From the NCBI GenBank assembly GCA_965202985.1, contig CBDBCF010000001.1, forward strand, positions 1,664,001-1,728,000: a DNA stretch of 64,000 bases, in the 5' to 3' direction. The position numbers and the translations under genes are program-made. Below the pieces are notes generated by a model. It had not been told where the DNA came from. It was given only the letters and a program-made list of their open reading frames with translations, and ran no database searches. This document shows positions 58,225-64,000 of the stretch, in pieces. Position 1 is the first letter of the stretch, and every line of letters starts with the position of its first letter. This DNA comes from Longimicrobiales bacterium. GTDB lineage: Bacteria; Gemmatimonadota; Gemmatimonadetes; Longimicrobiales; Gaopeijiaceae.

Positions 58225-59002
58225 CGTCGACAGCCTGCAGCGGACGTTGTGCAAAGAACTTTGCCGGGATGTTCGTCTTGAGCGCCGGCCGGACGGCGCC
58301 CTCATGCTCGCCACCTCCTTCGAGTTCCCCGATGGGGACCATTACCCGATCCATGTCTCGGAGGTGACGGGTGGCCTCCGGCTGTCGGATCGAGGACACA
58401 CATTGATGCGCATCAGCTACGATCACGATGTGGATGCATTTCTGGCCGGCAGTCGCGGACTCTTGCTGGAGCAGATCATGGCCGAGACCGGCTTGACGAG
58501 GAACGGCGGCGCGTTCGTGTTCGACACGACGACCGAGCAGTTCTCCGAGGCCGTCTTTCGCTACGGACAGGCCATGACTCGTGTCTTCGACTTGACAATG
58601 CTGTCTCGGTCGCGGGTTGTTTCCACTTTCTATGACGATCTGGCGGATCTGATCGGCGAGACGGTCGACTTCGAGAGAGTGCAGCGCGACTACCGGCCGA
58701 ACGAAGTGCCCAACGCCGATGCGTACTCGGTCGACTATAGAATCGAGGGGAAGGACGACGCTCCTCTCTTCTTGTATGGCGTGCCAAACCGAGACAAGGC
58801 GCGGCTCACCACCATTATGTTGGCCCACTTCCATCGACATGAGCTGTCCTTCGAGTCCATCATCGTATTCGAGGACCAGCAGAAGATACCTCGGCTGGAC
58901 TTGGCACGGTTGTCGGACGTTGGCGGCGATATGGTGTCGTCGTTGGAGTCAAGGGACGACTTGGCGCGAAAGGTTAGCAGGCGAATAGGGATCGCGGCGT
59001 AG
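58214..59002 (+). CDS. DUF1828 domain-containing protein
   Basis: TSFEFPDGDH.PI...LRLSDRGHTL; FYDDL; YSVDYRI. Confidence 0.75.
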   Translation: MALDVDSLQRTLCKELCRDVRLERRPDGALMLATSFEFPDGDHYPIHVSEVTGGLRLSDRGHTLMRISYDHDVDAFLAGSRGLLLEQIMAETGLTRNGGAFVFDTTTEQFSEAVFRYGQAMTRVFDLTMLSRSRVVSTFYDDLADLIGETVDFERVQRDYRPNEVPNADAYSVDYRIEGKDDAPLFLYGVPNRDKARLTTIMLAHFHRHELSFESIIVFEDQQKIPRLDLARLSDVGGDMVSSLESRDDLARKVSRRIGIAA

Positions 59003-59021
59003 CGGGACGCCTTGGACGGAC

Positions 59022-59294
59022 ATGGAGACCTACGAAGACTGGGCGAGGGGCCACGAGCAGCGGGGGTGGGAGCGGGGCCGAGCGCAAGGCCGGGCCGAGC
59101 AAGGCCGGTCGATGGTGCTGCGACTGGCTTCGCGGCGGTTCGGAGCGGAGACGGCGCAGCGGTTGGAGGGGCTGGTGGAGGGGATGGGCGCGAAGGAGTT
59201 GGCTCGGGTCGGGGACGCGGTCGTGGACTGCGACACCGGCGACGAGCTGCTGGAGACCGCGGAGAACGGAGCTGGCAAACGCCGTCCGCGCTAG
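59022..59294 (+). CDS. Rpn/DUF4351-like C-terminal module (remnant or small stand-alone protein)
   Basis: G(R/W)ERGRAQGRAEQ repeats then LRLASRRFGAE...L....D..LL. Confidence 0.55.
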   Translation: METYEDWARGHEQRGWERGRAQGRAEQGRSMVLRLASRRFGAETAQRLEGLVEGMGAKELARVGDAVVDCDTGDELLETAENGAGKRRPR

Positions 59295-59321
59295 CACAGC
59301 CCAGCTGGGCTGCGTTGCCAG

Positions 59322-60023
59322 CTAAACCAGCAGCTTCCTGAACGTCCAGCCGCCGTAGAGGAGACTCTTGTAGAAGCGGCGGGGCTCGCCGAAGCCCGCC
59401 TCCAGGGCCAGAGCGACCGTGCGCTCCGGCGACGCGAAGTGGATGCCGGTGCGGATCATTTCGTCGAAATGCGGCTTGTCCTTGGCGTTCATGCCCATGA
59501 GCGTCCAATAGCGCTGCCAGGCAGGCATGTAGCGTGCGTACTCGTCGGAATCGGGGTCGCCTTGGAGATCGAAGAAGACAAAGGCTCCTCCCGGCCTAAC
59601 CCGCTCCGCTATCGATCGGAGCAACGACGCCTTGCTGCCGTCGTCGGGGACGAAATGGAGCACGTTGACAAGCGTGGCGGCGTCGAACAGCGGCGGCACG
59701 ACCACGTCTTCCGCGTAGCCGAGCTGGTAGGTGATCCCGTTGACGTTGCCGGCCTCCTCGACGCGGCGCCGGGCCAAGTCCAGCATCTGTCGGGACGGAT
59801 CGACGCCGTGGAGCGTCAAGTCCGGTCGCGCCCACTTAAGCGTAACGAGCTCGATGCCGGTGCCCGCGCCGACCACTAGAACGCGGCCTCCCGCCGGCAG
59901 ATCGGGCTCAAGAAGCGCCGCGATCATGGGGAACAGCGTTTCGTACCCGGGCACGACCTGCCGGGCCAGTCCCTCGTACTCTTCCCCGTACCGACCCTCG
60001 AAGTCGAAGGCATCCTCGTTCAT
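59322..60023 (-). CDS. Class I SAM methyltransferase (CmoA-like)
   Basis: VPGYE, VLVVGAGTG, FDAATL.NVLHF, RPGG. Confidence 0.85.
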   Translation of the reverse strand: MNEDAFDFEGRYGEEYEGLARQVVPGYETLFPMIAALLEPDLPAGGRVLVVGAGTGIELVTLKWARPDLTLHGVDPSRQMLDLARRRVEEAGNVNGITYQLGYAEDVVVPPLFDAATLVNVLHFVPDDGSKASLLRSIAERVRPGGAFVFFDLQGDPDSDEYARYMPAWQRYWTLMGMNAKDKPHFDEMIRTGIHFASPERTVALALEAGFGEPRRFYKSLLYGGWTFRKLLV

Positions 60024-60043
60024 ACGGCGTTCTCCCGTCACCG

Positions 60044-61612
60044 TTAGAGAAGCGAAGGCTGCGCAGCGGAGCGCAACTCGGGCAAGTCGTCGAGGAGAGC
60101 GTCAGCAGGGAACCGAGCCAGCTCCCCAGGCTCCACCTTGTGCAAACCGCCTCCATAGGTTCGCCCTCCCCAGCGCCACTCTTGCTCCACGATCCGGCGA
60201 AGCGACGCCCAGGTCGCGTCTTGTACGGAGGCGTCCTGCGCCATTTGCGACAGCCTGCCCTTGGGATACAGCATCAGATAAACGTTGGTGGCGATCGCCT
60301 GCGACCGGTTGTGGATGACGCGAAACGGCGCCTTGCCGCACGACGAGCGACCCATGTAGGTGCAAAGAAACGGCGTCGGGTCGCGGTGTTCCTGTGCGTA
60401 CCACGGATTGCGCCGCAACGCCAAGTAGCCCTTGTGAAGGCCGGCGTCTTCACCGCTCGTCAGGTACGCCGCAGCCCCCGGCGCGTCTTTGGCCAAGTCG
60501 TCGTGACGCACGTGACAATCGAACAGAAAGAGTTTCCGGTCCAGCTGCGGGTTGCCGCGGTCGTCCCCGTTCACAACGTCCGTTCCCAGGTGGCGTGGGC
60601 TGGGCAAGACCGGCGTCAAGAAACGCGACGGAATCGACAGTGCCGCCGCTTTGGCTTCGTCCACTACAAAGAAGCGATTGGCGCCCGTGCCGATGCCGCG
60701 TCGGATCGAGAAGAAGTCGCCCAGCACTGTTCCCCGGTTCGTGTGCAGCGTTTCGGTAGCGCGAGTGTAGGGGTCGGGAAACCGTGTCCATTTCGGCTCA
60801 TCGCGCAGCTCTGCTGTGGTCACGCGGCATCGAGATCTCGGTTCCGCAATCGATCCGCCGAAGGTGAACTCGGGCCTGCCGTCTTGTCCTGAAGCTCTGT
60901 TGCGGAACCAAACGACCGCAGAGGACACGAGCGCGTCGCCGAACTGAACTTCAGCCGGATCGAAACGATGCACTCTCAGCAGATCGACATGCGCCAGCAG
61001 GTATCGCTTGACCGCGGAGCCGTAGTTCACGTCCATGAACTCGCTGGGCACCAGCCACGCGGACATTGCGTCCGGATTGAGCCACTTGTGGCCAAGAAGC
61101 ATGAAGTAGACGTAGAGCCCCGCCAGCCCGGACACGCGAATTCCCAGCTCCTTGTAGACCTGGGCTGCCAGGCGGGTCTTTGTCGCCGGCACGATATGGT
61201 GATGCCGAACGTAAGGCGGATTGCAGACGATCAAGTCCACCAGACCCATACCGTCGTCGCGCGGGGGCTCGACAGTTGTAAAGTCTCGGAAGTCCAGGGC
61301 GAGACCCGTCGGTTCCCACAGTTCGCGTGCGGGCGCACCGTAGTGAGCGTCGATCTCGTGACCTCGAGCCGTCTTGACCTCGCCCGGCGGAAAGACGCGA
61401 AGCAACGCCGAATAGAAGGCGCCCGTGCCAAACGCCGGGTCCAAGAACGCCAACTCGGCGTCCTCGTCCAGCATTCCCCGCGTGGCGCGGACGATCTCCA
61501 GTGCCAGTGGTCCCGGTGTGGCGAACTGGCCTAGAACGTTCCTCTCCCGCCGCGTCTTGAGATCGTCCAGCGCGATCTGAAGGCGGGATCGGCGGTCCTC
61601 AAGGTGGTTCAT
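60044..61612 (-). CDS. N6-adenine DNA methyltransferase of a XamI-like type II RM system
   Basis: LGQFATP, LDPAFGTG, CNPPYVRHH, PSEFMDVNYG, YGGGL.KVEP.EL. Confidence 0.9.
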   Translation of the reverse strand: MNHLEDRRSRLQIALDDLKTRRERNVLGQFATPGPLALEIVRATRGMLDEDAELAFLDPAFGTGAFYSALLRVFPPGEVKTARGHEIDAHYGAPARELWEPTGLALDFRDFTTVEPPRDDGMGLVDLIVCNPPYVRHHHIVPATKTRLAAQVYKELGIRVSGLAGLYVYFMLLGHKWLNPDAMSAWLVPSEFMDVNYGSAVKRYLLAHVDLLRVHRFDPAEVQFGDALVSSAVVWFRNRASGQDGRPEFTFGGSIAEPRSRCRVTTAELRDEPKWTRFPDPYTRATETLHTNRGTVLGDFFSIRRGIGTGANRFFVVDEAKAAALSIPSRFLTPVLPSPRHLGTDVVNGDDRGNPQLDRKLFLFDCHVRHDDLAKDAPGAAAYLTSGEDAGLHKGYLALRRNPWYAQEHRDPTPFLCTYMGRSSCGKAPFRVIHNRSQAIATNVYLMLYPKGRLSQMAQDASVQDATWASLRRIVEQEWRWGGRTYGGGLHKVEPGELARFPADALLDDLPELRSAAQPSLL

Positions 61613-62558
61613 AGGCCGAATTCTGCCAGGTCGTCGACGCGGTGCTCCCACACCCAGTCGATGCCCTCTGCCGCTTCATACCCCAGCTAGCCAGAGTCGA
61701 AGTAGCCCCCAAGAAACAGTACAAACCGAGTATCAGAGCCGTACCGATTGCAAAGATGCCGGGCCTTGGCTGCCTCTTCCTTTCGCCGCTTATTAACGTT
61801 CGCATAGTCGCCTGCTGATTTTGCTTCGACAAAGAGCGGCAGATCGTCGGGCCGACTGCGGCGAGGTTGAATCACTGCGTCAATCGGAATGTTGACTATC
61901 CCTGCACCCACGTTGTCCATCCAGCCCTGCACGCCCATGTGAAATGCGAAGGTTCCCGGAGGCATCGCCGTGGGCTCCGCAGTTTCACCGGGCCGAAGCA
62001 GCCGATAACCACGACCTTCAAGCCAACTACGTATTCGGCCAAGCTGTCTCTTCTCCTGCGCGTTTCGAATGATCGGATGCGCCATGACTCCACATAGCCT
62101 GTCCGCCACCACCATAGCTGTCCGGCGAACTTCCTCGTCCGTAGGGTTTCGTTGCTCTGGAATCCATGGACAGATCTCGCTGTCGATCAATCGTGCTATG
62201 ACGTTGCAGATGCGCGCCAAACCGTCTTCGAGATCACTGGCGGCTATTCGGACAGGCACAGCCGCCTTCTTTTCCATCGTCGCGACTAGATTCCTCGCTA
62301 CATCAGCAATTCCAGTGATACGATCTCGTGCGAGGGGAGGGCATGTGATCATCCGCAGTGTCGGCAGTATCCCCGGGTTGCTCTTGAGCACTGTTGGGTT
62401 GACGTAGGCGAATTTTCCCGTCTTGGTCATTGCGTCCCGTACGCGTGCTGCGGCTTCTGCGCGTTGTTCGCGAAAAGCCGCCGGTGCTCGCGCCAAGAAC
62501 CACCGGTTGTACGCATCGACAGACTCGGCGATGTCCGCCTTCCATCGCTCCGGTCTGT

Positions 62559-63950
62559 GGCGCTTCCCCATATGGTGTGGGCTGTGTAGGATCAGGGGCG
62601 ACATGGACCATGAACCGAGGAGGCGAGGATGGAGATGCGGAAGTGGGTGGAGAGCTTGATGGCGTTGGGGCCGGGCTGGGAGGTGAAGGGGGTCGAGGAG
62701 GACCCGGTGCTGATGGAGGCGCGGGTGCGCGTGGCGAGGCGGTCGGGCGAGCCTTTGACGTGTCCCGAGTGCGGCCGGCCGTGTCCGGGATACGACGCTC
62801 GGGAGCGGGAGTGGCGGCACCTGGACGCTTGGGGCTACAAGACGTTCGTCGTCTGCGACCTGCCTCGGGTCGAGTGTCCGGAGCACGGGGTGCGGACGGC
62901 ATCGATGCCCTGGGCGGCGGACAAGTCGAGGTACACGGCGGCGTTCGAGGAGGAGGTGACGGCGTGGCTCGGCGAGGCCAGCATCCTGGGGGTGTCGAAG
63001 CGCATGAGGATGAGCTGGAACGCCGTGAGCGGCATCATGGAGCGGGCGGTGCGCCGGGGGCTCGAGCGCCGGAAGGCGGAGCCGGTCCGGCGGCTGGCGG
63101 TGGACGAGACGTCGGTCAAGCGCGGACACCGGTACGCGACGATCGTGTCGGACACGGACACGGGGCGCGTGCTGCACGTGGCGAAGGGTCGGACCCGAGA
63201 GTCGCTGGCGCAGTTCTACCGGAGCAGGGACGGCGGCTGGCTGCCGGGTTGGAGAGCGTGTCGATGGACATGTGGGGCCCCTACGTGGCGGCGACGGGGG
63301 AGTGGGTGCCGGGCGCGGAGCTGAAGACGGCGTTCGACCGCTTCCACGTGGCCAAGCACCTGGCGGACGCGGTGGACAAGGTGCGGCGCGCCGAGCACCG
63401 CGAGCTGCTGGCGCAGGGCAGCGCCGTGCTCGCGAGGACGCGCTACCGGTGGCTGACCGGACGCGGCAAGATGAGTCACGCCGAGAAGCTGGCGTTCGCG
63501 GCGCTGCGCAAGAACGTGGACCGGACCGCCCGCGCCTGGGCGGTGAAGGAGGCGGCATCGAAGCTGTGGGACTACAAGCTCCGGGGCTCGGCCGAGAACG
63601 CCTGGCTGCACTGGCTGCAATGGGCGTCGGGCTGCGGGCTCGCGCCCGTCCACAAGGTCGCCGAGATGGTCGGCGCCCATCTGTGGGGCATACTCAACGC
63701 CGTCGTGCTGCGAGCGACCAACGGCCCGGCCGAGAGCATCAACAGCAGGATCCAGATGGTCAAGGCTCGCAGCCGCGGCTTCCGCAACTACGACCGCTTC
63801 GTCACCGCCATCCTCTTCCACCTCGGCGGCCTCGACCTCTCGCCCCGCACCGCCCGCCGTTGACCCCGTAGACCCCTCGGCCCGCCTTCCTCGACAAGCG
63901 ATGCTCAGCACACTGCCCAACCACGAACCCACTAGGTTAAGCGAAGAGCC
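62559..63950 (+). mobile_element. ISL3-family insertion sequence, 1392 bp
   Basis: Ends GGCGCTTC... and ...GAAGAGCC (imperfect IR); 8-bp TSD CGGTCTGT at 62551-58 and 63951-58. Confidence 0.93.
62629..63863 (+). pseudogene. ISL3 transposase, frameshifted near 63243
   Basis: CPEC..C..H zinc finger, AVDETS, then SMDMW, DRFHV, TNG..ESINS.I..K..SRGFRN in a different frame. Confidence 0.88.
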
Positions 63951-64000
63951 CGGTCTGTTCATGTTGACGGCCATAGGGTGGGGTTGCTCCAAGATGAGGT

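Larger units (their letters stand above)
61609..63974 (-). pseudogene. XamI-family restriction endonuclease, disrupted by ISL3 and an in-frame TAG
   Basis: Restored frame MAVNMNRP|ERWKADIAESVD...IIRNAQEKRQ...EAKSAGDYANVNKRRKEE...GYFDSG*LGYEAAEGIDWVWEHR. Confidence 0.88.

Noticed and set aside
56200..61689. TAG readthrough (pyrrolysine or recoding) at 56200 and 61687
   Set aside because: Both genes carry other disabling lesions, and TAG is used as a normal stop elsewhere in the window
63230..63250. Programmed frameshift in the ISL3 transposase
   Set aside because: ISL3 elements use a single ORF and no slippery run is present; a simple 1-bp loss is more likely

Overview
High-GC bacterial window. 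The gene content (BNR/VPS10 hydrolase, M28 peptidases, FG-GAP and 6-bladed propeller lipoproteins) resembles Gemmatimonadota, which is inference only. From 1 to 24 kb it is mostly ordinary metabolic and envelope genes. At 23.8-28.3 kb (- strand) there is an apparently uncharacterised peptide cluster: a stand-alone exported C39 peptidase, three tandem precursors (signal-like N-terminus, E-[DE]-x-[VT]-G-x-G motif, CxxC...Cx3-4C core), a CxxC thioredoxin-fold protein, a Yip1-like protein and an ABC transporter. Just upstream is a split ORF that reads as a UxxC selenoprotein peroxiredoxin with a SECIS-like hairpin. Defence/accessory DNA lies at 31-34 kb and 40.6-64 kb. It includes two type II RM systems with intact methyltransferases and dead endonucleases, one of them hit by an ISL3 with an 8-bp TSD. 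It also includes a type III RM operon (XRE-ImmA, brnT, BrnA-like peptide fused to Mod, fic, ~70-bp palindromic tandem array, res) and a duplicated gene-end junction that brackets two alternative cargo genes. No rRNA, tRNA or CRISPR array was seen. All family calls are by eye from motifs; no searches were run.
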